DNA of 64,000 bases from Aplysia californica. Taxonomy: Eukaryota. Shown here in pieces: positions 27,330 to 40,029 of this stretch (position 1 is its first letter; every line of letters begins with the position of its first letter). Below the pieces are notes generated by a model, which searched no databases, was not told where the DNA came from, and saw nothing but the letters and a program-made list of their open reading frames with translations. The DNA is taken from contig NW_004798181.1 in assembly GCF_000002075.1 (NCBI RefSeq), forward strand, positions 7,063-71,062, in the 5' to 3' direction. The translations under genes were made by a program, and so were the position numbers.

Positions 27330-28192
27330 CTTGACAAATGTGTTATTTTTTTCCTGACTCTTTAAGTGGCTACCCCGTGCAAATCTAGAACCACACACTT
27401 TACATCTGGTCGTTAAGACTTTTCTCCTATGTATGTTTGTTGTTCCTGATGCTTTAAGCTGTTCACACGTGCAAATCATTTATTATAAATCACAAACTTT
27501 CACAACTGCATGTGGCTACCAAGCAAACCTTGCTTGTGTGTGTTGCTTATAGTGTGGTAAAAAATTCGTGGAGCAACGTATCCTCAATTATCTCTTTAAC
27601 AGAGGTGCATCAATGTCACCCATACTTTGCACACCAGTTTTTATCAACCTGTCTTAATTTTTAATCATACATGTATTTTTCCCACAACAGTTGGAGCTAG
27701 ATTAAAAAACTTTTCTTTCTAAATTTATATAAAATACTATAAATCTCCTTCACGCGGAGAACGGGATTGTTCAAAAGCATTTTGCATGTATGTGGCCAAC
27801 AATGACACTTTTAGTTTACAAGAAATTAATTTCAAAGTGAACACCTTTTTTGCTTTCAATAAGCATAATGTTGTGATTAGAAAAAAAATGACGGACTTGC
27901 TTTTAAAAGCAATATTGCCCAAGTTGTAAACCTTTCAAAATCTGTAGAAACCACCCACTGGGATTTTTAATTAGTATTTATAAGGAATTTTCTAGAAAAC
28001 AGTCAACAGGAATTTACAAAAATTTTAACGTTAAAACAAATTGATACAAGTCACTGTGAAAAAGCTGGAGAGTCTATGTTCGATAGTTGAGGCAATGCTT
28101 GACAATAAGTTGCGCCACAAATTTTTGACCGCAGTATTTTGATTCTTTACGCAGTCAGCATGTGCAAACAATTTACAAATATTCACAAACTT
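27330..28192 (-). pseudogene. Relic C2H2 fingers downstream of the gene A stop
   Basis: RCKVCGSRFARGSHLKSQ at ~27405-27350. The gene A tail TRKTLQL* is a frameshifted (G)EKPYNCE linker. Confidence 0.6.
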
Positions 28193-30117
28193 TCACAATT
28201 GTAAGGTTTTTCTAGTGTGTATTATTTTTTCATGGATCAGTAGATTAAGCTTCTGAGTAAACTCAGCTCCACAGATTTCACACTTGTAAGGCTTTTCTCT
28301 TGTGTGTGTTCTCATATGTGCTGTCAAGCGACTGCTCTTAGGAAACTTCACACCACAAACTTCACACTTGTACGGGTAAGGCTTTCCTCCTGCGTGTGTT
28401 CTCATATGCACCGTCAAGCGGTCGCCCTGAGCAAACCTAACACCACAAACTTCACAACCGTAAGGCTTTTCTTGGCTATGTGTTCTTTCATAATGAGTCT
28501 TCAAACCGTATCTCGATGTAAACCATTTACCACAAACTTCACATTTGAACGATTTTTCTCCAGTGTGCGTTTTTTTATGTCTCTTTAAATAGCTTTTTAG
28601 TGCGAACTGTTTGCCACAAACTTCGCAGCCGTAAGGCTTTTCTCCTGAGTGCGTTTTCTCGTGGGCGTGTAGATTGGCTGTGTTTATGAACCTAAGTCCG
28701 CAGACTTTACATTTGTAAGGCTTTTCTCCTGTGTGTGTTCTAGTATGCACAATCAAATATTGCCTTAAAGTGAACCCAATGCCACAAACTTCACACTTGT
28801 ACGGTTTTTCTCCGCTGTGTCTCTTTCTATGACTCTTTAAGCCAGAGGCTCTTGCAAACCGTCTATCGCAATCTTCACACTTGTAAGGTTTTTCTCCAGA
28901 GTGTAGTTTTCTGTGACTCTTTAGAGAGCCACTCTTGGCAAATTTAGCACCACAAACATCGCATCCGTAAGGCTTTTCTCCTGTGTGTGTTCTTTTATGA
29001 ATCTTTAGATCACTACACTGTGCAAACACAGCATCACAAACTTCACACTTATAAGGTTTTTGTCCAGTGTGAGTCGTGCCATGAATCCTTAAATCTTGTT
29101 TCCGTGCAAACCGTTTATCACATACTTCACATTTGTAAGGTTTCTCTCCCGAGTGAATTATTTCATGACTCTTCAAACCGCCCGGCTCTGCAAACTGTCT
29201 ACCACAGACTTTGCACTGGAAAGGCTTTTCGCCCGTGTGTTTTCTTTTGTGGCTCTGTAGTTTTATCTCATTTTTTAAGCCAACGCCACATATTTCACAG
29301 TGGTAAAGCTTTTCTTTCATAGCATGTGTTCTTTTGTGACTCTTCAGATGAATGCTCTCGGCAAACTTTTCACAGCAAACTTCACACTTGTAAGGGTTTT
29401 CTTCTAGATGAATCCGCTTGTGTCTGTTAAGGCTTCGAGCATGTATATACCCTGCACCACAAACATCACATTTGTAAGGCTTTTCTTTTTCTCCAGCACT
29501 TATTCTTTTGCCAGTCGCAGACTTGGGTCCATCAGGGACAGCGTTGCTATCTTGTCCAGGAGGAGTCTCTCTGTGCAGTTGTTGAGGTAATGCACCACCA
29601 GAAGACTGGGTACAATTAGTGGATGGAACAAGAGATTGTGAACAAGAAGTCGAAGAAAAGCCCAAGTCGGAAATGTCACTTGTGGACTGCCGAACAATAT
29701 CTGGGCTGTAGTCACATGATGGCTCGTTCAACTTTACCGTAGTGCGTTCTTTTAGCGGTTTTTCTTCAGATGCCTGCGTGAAAATATGACATACGTGCTC
29801 CGTTCCCGAAGTGGTATTCGCCATAACCATCGTTATTTCGGAAGCGTAACCTTTCTGCTTCTGGCCATCATTTACTGCACTTTTGCTGCACATGTCCTTA
29901 TCATACTCTCTGCTGAGATATAGATCAAAGACTTTCTTCTCCGGATTATGGATAGAAGATGTGGTTTCTTCCGAGGCACGGTCATCTTTTCTTTGATCAC
30001 CTATTTGACTTGTGTCAACAACATCGCAACTAGGACCGACTCCGTGTCTCTCCAAGAGGTATTGCTGTGTTGCTGGGTGTGTGGAGGTAGCCAGACTGTG
30101 GTCGTAAGGAACGCCAC
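28193..30117 (-). CDS. ZF gene A, finger-array exon: Ser/Thr-rich spacer + 15 tandem C2H2 fingers (spliced product ~972 aa)
   Basis: Acceptor ttttgtctttttccag|GT. 15 CxxC..HxxxH units with TGEKPY-type linkers. Phase 1 joins the exon at 35527..34534. Confidence 0.92.
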
Positions 30118-30753
30118 CTGGAAAAAGACAAAAGTAATACACACATTATCTGACTGGTAAAATTTCTACTGTCTCCCAATAACTTGGCAGCCCACACACT
30201 CGCATACCTTTTCTTCATAGTAGCCGTTTTCTCTCAACACCATTGTCATATTCCTCTTGACAACTTTTCAAACATGCACATACATCGTGCAACAGTAGAG
30301 CACTTGGCTTTTATTGTACCAAAATTAGAGGGGATAGCTAGAACTGCTTTGTTTTATCAGAAAAAACAAAAAAACAGAAAAAAATTGTAAGTGGTTTGGG
30401 AGGGGGAGGGGAATTTAATTATGTTACACTACAGACACCATGAAATAAAAACATGCTTTTGTAAACTACAGTGTGAAACATGGATAGGTCAAACACAGAA
30501 GACTCAAAATCACACCTCCGTCAAACTGTGCCCGGGGTTTCGTTTTATTTTTCTCATTTTTCTTTGTGAGACATCCGTCGAACTACGGTTCCCTCGAAAT
30601 GCAGAGGCTGGGCCAGGGTCCCGACGGATTCAAGCTATCCGTGTTACACTGTATTTCTTAATCATTCCAGCCTAATTTAAACTCTAGTATAGGTTTAACA
30701 TCCTCATAAACACTGTAGTAGTGTGTGGTTCTACAGGTATACGGTATAGTATA

Positions 30754-31513
30754 CAGCCAAAATTGTCCAAGTCCAAGACAGCCACCCATTGTCGAGGAGA
30801 AAAAGCTGGACGACTTGGACAGTGCATTACAATTTTTTTTTAACACAACGGGGAATGGGAAGTGGTCGTTTGTACAGGTGATTGTCTTATACAGGTGGTC
30901 GTTTGTACAGGTGATTGTCTTATACAGGTGGTCGTTTGTACAGGTGATTGTCTTGGACATGTGGTCGTTTGAAAAGGTGATTGTTTTGGACAGGTGGTCA
31001 TTTGTAAAGGTGATTGTTTTGGACAGGTGGTTGTTTGTAAAAGTGATTGTCTTGGACAGGTGGTCGTTTGTAAAGATGATTGTTTTGGACAGGTGGTCGT
31101 TTGTAAAGATGATTGTTTTGGACAGGTGGTCGTTTGTACAGATGATCGTCTTATACAGGTGGTCATTTGTACAGGTGATTGTTTTGGACAGGTGGTCGTT
31201 TGTACAGATGATCGTCTTACATAGGTGGTCGTTTGTACAGGTGATTGTCTTATACAGGTGGTCATTTGTACAGGTGATTGTCTTGGACAGGTGGTCGTTT
31301 GTACAGGTGATTGTCTTATACAGGCGATCGTTTGTACAGGTGATTGTCTTATACAGGTGGTCGTTTGTACAGGTGATTGTCTTGGACAGGTGGTCGTTTG
31401 TAAAGATGATTGTCTTATACAGGTGGTCGTTTGTAAAGACGATTGTCTTGGACAGGTGGTCGTTTGTAAAGGTGGTTGTCTTGGACAGGTGGCCATTAGA
31501 GTAGGTGTGACTG
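30754..31513. repeat. 33-bp minisatellite (~19 units, 30860-31492) inside a Tc1/pogo-type MITE, in the gene A intron
   Basis: Unit aggtggtcgtttgtacaggtgattgtcttatac is two 16/17-bp CAGGTG subunits. Ends TA-CAGCCAAA..TCCAAGACAGCCACC and GGACAGGTGGCC..AGGTGTGACTG form degenerate inverted termini. Confidence 0.8.
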
Positions 31514-31859
31514 CACACATGTAATAATTGTGTTGGACATCCAAACATAACACCCGTAGATTTATATATATATATATTAGGACAGTTTCAAATGGGTGGA
31601 GAAACTTGGAAACTCAATCTAAACAAACAATCTACATGCATACAGAAAAATTCGAGCTAGGGTCATCTTTTTGATTGTTTTACGATCGCAACTGCATAAG
31701 GCAAGGTCGTATGAGCGTGCGGGACACATTAAACATTTTCAGTTGTAGGAAATTTTGAATTTTGCATGGGTGGCCGAGGCCTACTTTTATCGATTTTAGA
31801 CAACTTTTTTTATATTAAAAAAACACTTTTTGCCCCCTACACAAGTACTTTAAAAAATA

Positions 31860-32075
31860 TAAGGCAGCGTCTAGGGAATAAGGAACAGAGGCAGACTGAA
31901 GAAAAGTTGGGAGGACAACATCAAGAATAGACAGGCCTGGAACTCAAAGACACGCTCAGATAAGCTGAAGACCGGAAAGGGTTTAGGAAGCTGGTGGCCA
32001 AATCTTCAAAAGCGCCCCGACGGACATCCAGTCTACGTGATAGGTGAAGGTGAAGGTGAAGGTGAAGGTGAAGGG
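31860..32075 (+). mobile_element. RTE-like LINE 3' fragment with (AGGTGA)n tail
   Basis: RGRLKKSWEDNI..TGL...AEDRKGFRKLV..APRR...LRDR* followed by the hexamer tail. Confidence 0.6.
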
Positions 32076-32264
32076 AGGAGCAGAAGATTGAGCAGACACA
32101 AAGTGGAAAAAAGCGCACTGCTCTAGTAGTTCTAGTAGAGGTTTTACAGCGCTTGCAACTGCATAAGGTCAGATGAGAAAGCGCACTGCTTTTCAAACAA
32201 GTAAGAGCCTTTGCCAATAGGTGGGTACCTAAAGTGTAGCACAGAGGGTTGATGATAGAGTTTT

Positions 32265-32302
<38 letters not shown>

Positions 32303-33025
32303 GTTTTACATGAATTTTTCTATTCCTGTATATATCTCCTTCTACAAAAACATGTATTTACAGACCTACAGATGGCATGCTAAGCTGTGTTAAACAACAC
32401 CAAGTCAAATTCTTTTGGACATAACTATGATGACACATTTTTTAAGAATTTGGACAAACAAAATTATTTTAATTATTTTCTCATTGCTTTAATTTTCAAA
32501 CATAAGTATGAAGAGCGTATATGTAAAATGGTGAGGATTGCAGAAAAAAAAATTCTGAACGTTGCCGTTTTCACATATTAAATATAATTTGTGTCATCAT
32601 AGTTATATCTGAAAGAAATGAAAAACTTTCCATTATATTATCTTAATTTCTCTTTTGAAAATTTTGGCAAACAGATTCAGGAGATTCAATTTGACTCACA
32701 ATGCATGTTAATGATGACAAAAAGCCACTTTATTCACATTTTTTTACTACAAATCTTCTCTGCAAAATATTAAATATCTTTCAAACATAACCATGATGAA
32801 CAAAATGGACAAATCTTTTACATCAAATTGAAAAAGATCCTGAAAAGTAATTTATGGAATATAAATGTTTACAATACATCGCAGTACCAAAGTAACATAA
32901 CAAGCAAATGCTACTGATACACGTATCAAAACAAATATAATGTAAGAAAAAAAGGTAAAATCAATGGGCTAACTGGTAACTTTCTAACCTCATAAACAAA
33001 AAAAGGAATTAAATTTCCCAATTAA

Positions 33026-33266
33026 CCCTCCCATATGTCGTGTTTTACTATCGTATCCCTACAACGTGGGGAACTCTGTGCCATCACTTTCCAAAGAAGA
33101 AATTTACTCGTTCATCCGATCTGTATGCGTTGCATGGCAGTCTGTCAAAATGATTTTTTGAGAAATACTGAAAGTTTCAAAGAGATCTTCGTTCTAGAAG
33201 TATTTTCTAAAATATGAAGAGTACAACCTTGAGGGTACAAAATGACCCCAGGGTGTACGGATTAGG
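33026..33266 (+). mobile_element. piggyBac-like MITE (TTAA-flanked); inverted partial copy at ~5250-5470
   Basis: TTAA-CCC...AGG-TTAA. The body is the reverse complement of 5250-5470. Confidence 0.5.
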
Positions 33267-34533
33267 TTAACAACAACAGATAAAGTAGCAACATTCATCT
33301 AAATATTGGTGACAAACAAAGCCCCCAAAAGAGTTGCAGAATAGGCTAGGGGTGGGGATGAAAATGGCCGAACCACAGAATAAGCACAAACTTGAACTCT
33401 TTGGTTGCTCGCCCTTTCATTAATCCTATCCATTAAAAATAAAATGGGGTCTTTGACCTGTATTAACTTGCAGCCCCATCTTTAAAAATAGAAACCTTTT
33501 ACTTTTGAAGACTCGTAAAGGATGACTGCAAAATTACGCAGGGTCTCAGTTTCGAAATCGGTCTGGGCAGAGAGTAAACAATGAACGAAACTTGCTCGTT
33601 CCTGGGCCCTAAAATAGGCCATTGAAACAAAGTTACAGGGAATAGAAATTGCCTTGCGAAATGACGCCACATGAACATCTAGAAGACTCACAATTAAAAA
33701 AGAGCACAGGAGATCTTTATTCCTGATGTAGCACCACAAATATTGTAATAGTAGTTTCAATCTAGAAGGATGACTTTCTCAGCGTTAATTTCATTGCTGA
33801 ACTTGACGCGGCAAAAAAAATACAAACCCGACGCGTCACATTTGCGTTCTAAAAATACATCATTTCAGATTTTAATATATATATATATATTATATATATA
33901 TTATATTTGTCTGCTCCCATAGCTGAAACACCACACTAAGCACAACATATATTTTATACAATTTGTCAAAGCTGTAGAATTATTTCTTTGTTTACAAGTG
34001 CTAGTAGAGGTTTTACGGTGCTCGCAACTGCATAAAGGTCAAATGAGCGCCAAGGGGTGGATGTCAACAGAGAAGTCCTTACAGGAAATCAGACTTACTC
34101 TCCTCACCCCTCTTGCTTCAACAGCACAAAGTCTGCTTCAACTATAAAGACACCCTGGATATAGTGGGTCACAAGAGTGTGACAAACATACAAAATTTAA
34201 TAAGAAGTAGAGGGAAAAATGACAAAAGTAAGGATTAGGAAAGAAAAAGCAGTAGTTCTCTTCATTGCAGTTCAGGCACAGTTACGAGCATGACATTGAT
34301 GAATCAGCACATTTACAAAATTACAATTCAACTGTGCATAAAAGGGCAAGGTCAATTAATGTCCCCCCTTTGGGAATGGTCTAAAGACTTCAGTCAGTAG
34401 CACCGCCCCGGGGGGAGGAATCATTATTATTGGAATAGGAAAGGATTTTGTAAGGTCTTTGTGATGAAACCCCCGATCTATTGGCAAAGGCTCTTTTTTA
34501 AATTAATTATCATGTGATCCCTCATACTTTTAC

Positions 34534-35527
34534 CTTGATCTGAGCCGGCCAAGACAGCATAACCAGAATTTGCGACATTGTTTTCCAAAAGAGCTGAGTC
34601 AGCAGAAAAAGATAAAGTTGAACCGTCACCAGTTACAACATCAGCATGATCAGTGCCTGCGTGCGAACTCTGTCCTGCACACAAACTCGTCACATCAGCG
34701 ATTTGCTGTTGTATTTCTTCGGCCTCATTATAACAATCCAACATTGATCCACACTCCTCTTCCAGCACTTCCTGCTTCACATTGACATTATTCTCTATTT
34801 CCTGTTTCATTTCCAGACGGTGATTAGGGAAAAGTCCAAGCTGTGGTTCATCTTTCAAAACACAAGTACATTTCACACACGTTACTTTAGTCTCTATGTT
34901 TTCTTCTCCCTGCTTCACATTAAGTCTATCATCATCTAGATCTAGTTCAGTCTTCACTTCTGGACAATGATTAGGGAAAAGTCCAAGCTGTGGTTCCTCT
35001 TTCAAAAAACAAGTCGGTCTACATTTCTGACACTCTTCAGTCTTTGTGTTTTCTTCTTCAGGAAATGAAAACAAGGGCTCGTCTCTATCAATCTCAATGT
35101 CAATACATTCGTTTTCGACAGGCTGGCAGACATCAGTTACATCGCATGGTAGGTCTGCTTCAACATCTTGCTTTATTTCTCCTTTGAAACTTTCACTTTC
35201 AATAGCTGCAGGTTTTTCCTCTTCAAGTTCAAGCATGGAGCTAGAACCAAACTCTTCTTTTACCACAGACTCCCCACTCCTGATGTCAGGTTTTACAGGA
35301 TCTCTATCAGTACTATCACTATCACTGCTACAACAAGACCTAGGAGAACCACAGGGTTCAGTTTTCACAACAGGAAAAACATCAGGCTTTACGTCTTCAC
35401 CATTATCAGTGGGTGTACAGACATTAAGTTGACAACACGATTCTTTTTCCATAGCACTGTCATCATTAAAATCTTGTCCTGAGGAAAACATTGTATTCTC
35501 CTTCCTCTTTTTATCCACATTCAACAT
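34534..35527 (-). CDS. ZF gene A, acidic N-terminal exon (MLNVDKKRK...SDQ)
   Basis: ATG 35527 aligns with the paralogue B start (MLNMNRKKK). Donor GATCAAG|gtaaaa is identical in all three paralogues. Confidence 0.88.
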
Positions 35528-36210
35528 GTTTCCTTGTTTATCAAACTTAACCCTGCTGTATTTGTCAAAATTAATTTCTGCCACACAACAGTCACAGGGT
35601 GAGAAAATTTATCAGTAATTTAGATTCTAGATCAATAGCCTATAAATAAAAGTTCAGAGGCTTTTTTCAATTAAAAAAAAAATTCTGATCCAAGGCAAGG
35701 TTCATGTCATGTCATGCAATTTGTTCCACTCAGACTCAGAACCTCCAGACTCTAGATATCTAGAATCTAGACTAGTGTAGTACTTGTGACTTGTCTTAGA
35801 AGTGTTCCCATTGACATTGCCACTGCTGCTAACAAGAGACTCTCCCCTGGGACTCTAGGCCTAGTCTTCTGGTAGGCTATAGTAGGTCTCTATAGTCTGT
35901 AGATCTTGTAGATAATAACATAGCCGAGTCTAGGCCAAGAATGTAAACATGATTGTTTGTTGTCATAGACTCAGATTCAGATCATGCCGTCATGCCGATC
36001 TAATATTGAACAAACACTCCATGACTATGACAACGTTGCCATGCTATTTCAAGCACAAATTTGAAGCTGCTGTAACACGAAAGATTCTCTACTGTGGTCA
36101 CACCACTCTCGACAGTCTTTTATTGGCTTTATTTTGGTTTTAGATCTGTTATTCGTTAATTATTATGCAGGCAGGAAAGGAAGACGATTTATGCAAGCAA
36201 GAACTGAAAA

Positions 36211-36219
36211 ACCGGATGT
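36211..36219 (-). promoter_or_regulatory. ETS-type site (ACCGGATGT) upstream of ZF gene A; equivalent sites at 41676-41683 (B) and 53728-53735 (C)
   Basis: CATCCGGT lies in the same orientation relative to the gene, ~0.5-0.7 kb upstream of the ATG in all three paralogues (discounting the hAT insert in C). Confidence 0.45.
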
Positions 36220-36916
36220 GGAGAGTGTACAACAGTTTTAGCAGTAAACCTAGAAAAATAGCATTCGTAGGCAAGGAGATTAAAAGTAATGGAGGATGCT
36301 CTGTGGGCGGCGCCTGATAGGAGCCCTCTCTCGCGGCGGAACCGTGGCCTACCTGCGCTGCGCGATTGCCCGACTAAGGCACTGAAATCTAGGCTAGATA
36401 AGAAAGAAGGTTTTATTCCGAGGTCCTTGAGATTAGGCAAGTCAATTAGTAAAAAAGCCTTGCACCTGTGTTGTATTTAAGTGTAAGAACCGATGTGATG
36501 CTGCAGTGGACCGAAGTTTTCACAGTTAAGTTGTTTCCCTTTTTAAAAAATTGAATGAAAGTGTTTCTATGCTCCCAGCAACACAATTTAAATCATTAAT
36601 ACGGCTGGCGCTACATGCCAAGGCCAACCCAGGCTGAAAGGGATACAACACCCCAGCAGAAAGACTGAGATACTCAATTTTTTAAAAGTATTCTTATTCA
36701 TAAATATATATATATAATTATTATGAGTATATATAATTATTATGTGTGTGTATGTATATACACATTATACATTTTAATTAAAGATGTTGCTTTCCTTTGT
36801 GTGTGCAAATTGGATGCTGCTGTAGTCTAAATGTAGATATCTAGAGGCTCCATTAGAACATGAAATCAATACTCAACAACAATAATGATGAATATTTTAT
36901 ATTTTAAGCTAAGGAA

Positions 36917-37768
36917 CAGTGGAACTCGGATTCAACGAGGTCGCCGGGCCTGAACCTAAAATCTCGTTGAATTTGAGTGTTCATTATTATGGCAAACACG
37001 ATGTTTTGTGTAGATAATTACAAGCACTGAGCAAGCAATTTATAAAGAGAAGTCACAAGTAGTGCCTGAAATGCCTACATATTATGAGCTGCGTCAAAAA
37101 AAAAAAAGATCGATTCGTTCAAATTGCACACGCCTGTGTCATCTCGATTGTTTACCAAAAGGTTGTGTTGCTGTGTAGAGCCTAGCATACGGCAACTTTT
37201 GATTCCATAGACCGGCACACAATTCATTACGTAGATCTACGTCAAGACTAGCTTATCATTGTAATATTATTATAATGATCAGTTGCCAAGGGGGAAAAAA
37301 AAGACTGACGCGTTTGTCTGTCTGCGACGTTCAACGCCCGGACCGCTAGTGCCCCCAACCCCCTCCCCTTCCCGACACAGTCACACGTGTGGAGGCCGCC
37401 CATTCGACCCAGACACACGCTAGAGTAGACACGTGCACGTGCCAACAACGCATGTGTTGGTATGAAAAAAGGTCGCTGATTGGTCGCATGCAATCGACTA
37501 AGTGAATACTGATTCACGATGCAAGTGCAATGGATGGTATCCAGGAATAGATAACGTTTGTTCTGGGAGAAAAATGAGCGAAGCCACGTCCCCGGGAGCT
37601 GTTCACCCTGGAAGCGACCTCGTTGAATCCGAGCTCGTTGATTTAAGTGCTCGTTAAATCCGAGTTATTCTTATTGATTTTAAAGAAGAAAAAAAACGGG
37701 GAATCTATCTCATCTCGTTGAATCCGAGTTCTCGTTGAACCCGAGCTCGTTAAATCCGAGTTCCACTG
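36917..37768 (+). mobile_element. Tigger/pogo-type MITE (852 bp), TIR CAGTGGAACTCGGATTYAACGAG
   Basis: TIRs at both ends, 3' TA, subterminal ctcgttgaatccgag repeats. A second copy lies at 49712-50017 + 51494-51556. Confidence 0.85.
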
Positions 37769-37879
37769 TAACTAATCTTTGGCGGCTATTTTCTCGGTAA
37801 TTTTTCTTCTGAAAACAGGTGACCCCCACCTCATTCATTCGCCAATATCTCGACTTGCATTCAAGATAAATTGATATTT

Positions 37880-38432
37880 TTTTCATCTAAATAAAGATAA
37901 GTAAGTGACCAAGCTTGAAGATGATCAATAACTCTACATGCCCCAAAATTGACGAGAGCCTGATTCCACCACGCTGCCTCACATATATATATATGTATTT
38001 ACTCTGTCTCATTACAATGTCGATCACAATTCCAAAATGTACAGGTGATAATATACAGCCTTGTCTAACACCAATACAGACCGAAGGGCTAGAACCCAAA
38101 TGGCCGCTGGATCGGAAAATAAAAGTAAAGTAAAGTAAAGTCTAACACCAGTGTTTACTACAAAAGGTGTAGAGATATAGTTCTCAGTCAACTAGGACAC
38201 AACAGCTTGTATTGGTAATAATGATCTTATGCTTTTTGTAATTTTTGTTGGGATTTTTCTCAGGGCCTCTCGACCTATGCTGCCAAAGGCTTTTTCTAAA
38301 GTCCACAAAGTTCAAGATAATTGGAGACATTCTATTCTTTGATTTCTTCTTCGCTATCTCTCAGAACAAAAAGTTGATCTGTACATGATCTCCCCCATCG
38401 AGAACCCGACTGTTCCTCTCTTCTTAGTCTCT
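37880..38432 (-). mobile_element. Decayed RTE-type LINE reverse transcriptase fragment
   Basis: LRREEQSG..WGRSCTDQLFVLR, LNFVDFRKAF, GVRQGCILSP. Confidence 0.75.
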
Positions 38433-38603
38433 NNNNNNNNNNNNNNNNNNNNNNNNNNNNNNNNNNNNNNNNNNNNNNNNNNNNNNNNNNNNNNNNNNNN
38501 NNNNNNNNNNNNNNNNNNNNNNNNNNNNNNNNNNNNNNNNNNNNNNNNNNNNNNNNNNNNNNNNNNNNNNNNNNNNNNNNNNNNNNNNNNNNNNNNNNNN
38601 NNN

Positions 38604-38880
38604 CGTAAATAGAAAGTAACAGAAGATGACTCGAATAAAAGAAAACTTTTACGAGTGTGAATTTTGTGGTGCAAGGTTTGCAGAGGACAGCAGTCTTCAG
38701 ATTCAGAGTGACAAAAGAGTACACTGGAGAAAAACTCTACTTTCCAAATAACTGCAATACTTTTCAACATTGTTTAATAAGACTATACTGGTACCCATTG
38801 ACGACAGAGACGTTATAGGTTAAGAACAAGGTGACTGAAGATTTCTTATCATGTGAGTGTTATTTGTCACGATTTGTTTG
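38604..38880 (+). pseudogene. 3' remnant of a fourth ZF paralogue (relic finger + 3' flank)
   Basis: YECEFCGARFAEDSSLQIQ...TGEK. Colinear with the gene C tail at 60840-60980 + 61910-62005. Confidence 0.7.
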
Positions 38881-38986
38881 CGGATGGTTGGAAGGCGCCA
38901 TTAGTTGGTCCTATTTTTTTGTTGCTTTCCCTCGTTATTTCTGTCTGTCCGTCTTACTTTCCCCAGTAGGCCTACTACTACTACTA

Positions 38987-39168
38987 CAGTGGAAACCATA
39001 TATAACAGGCCCAGTAATAACAGGGATCCGGTAATAACAGGGATGTTTAAAATCCCCGTTTTTTCCTACTCTTTGTCTCTATTAAAAGTTATCGGCAATA
39101 ACAGGACCTCATCGGAGCCCAACCGGTTATAGCAGGGACAAAGGCTCGTTAACAATGTGTAAAAGGTA

Positions 39169-39251
<83 letters not shown>

Positions 39252-39674
39252 CTGGTCGGCCTAGATCTAAGCCTACTTCTTTCTTTATGTCACCAACGAT
39301 GTCAAGCGCAAGAGAAAATGCTTTTCAATTGACAAAAAATACGAAATAATCCAGACTGTTGACAAAAAGCAAGCTCCACTGGAAGAGATTTGTCGTCAGT
39401 TCGACATTACACAAGGATTGATTCACACCATTATCAAGGATAGAGAGAAGATAGTGGCAGCATACTCCAATGGAAAGTTTGCTCTGGATCGAAAGAAGAT
39501 GAGACTACCCGGTGCAGATGCTGTGGACCAAGCTCTTCTGATGTGGTTTAAGGAGGCAAGGAGAAAGTTGGTGCCAAAATCCCTGTTCGTGGGTACTTGT
39601 GGCTAGGGAAACTACCGAGGATCGGATATAACAGGACTTTTTCTCTACTCCCATCATCCCTGTTATATCACTAA
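38987..39674 (+). mobile_element. Internally deleted Tigger/pogo transposon with N-terminal transposase fragment (HTH-psq + CENP-B HTH)
   Basis: TA-CAGTGGAAACC..ATAACAGG TIR. The frame from 39301 reads VKRKRKCFSIDKKYEII...EICRQFDITQGLIHTIIKDREKI...RKKMR...VDQALLMWFKEAR. The right end runs into a gap. Confidence 0.85.
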
Positions 39675-40029
39675 NNNNNNNNNNNNNNNNNNNNNNNNNN
39701 NNNNNNNNNNNNNNNNNNNNNNNNNNNNNNNNNNNNNNNNNNNNNNNNNNNNNNNNNNNNNNNNNNNNNNNNNNNNNNNNNNNNNNNNNNNNNNNNNNNN
39801 NNNNNNNNNNNNNNNNNNNAAGTGTCCCCATGGAGATCAATAAAGTGTTTGATATACATGATGTAGGCCTACTTATGTTATTTATTTTATTTATATTTTT
39901 ATCTTAACTAAAGTATAATTTATATTCATATATAGATAAATGGGTCATGCTACGACCTATTTGTTTTACAACATACTAACATAGTTGATTCGGTCCACCA
40001 AGCTATTGGTACACTTTCACTTATGACAG

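Noticed and set aside
30860-31492. CRISPR-like periodicity
   Set aside because: Contiguous tandem units with no unique spacers, a eukaryotic context and no cas genes.
30658-31553. Long ORFs in several frames (TNDHLSKTITC repeats etc.)
   Set aside because: A by-product of a stop-poor 33-bp intronic minisatellite.
34820-35000. QLGLF resembles the bacterial beta-clamp-binding motif
   Set aside because: This is a eukaryotic nuclear ZF protein; a five-residue match is expected by chance.
39301-39606. Domesticated TIGD/CENP-B gene
   Set aside because: No in-frame ATG, no DDE domain, bounded by TIRs and present in a second copy, so it is a deleted transposon.
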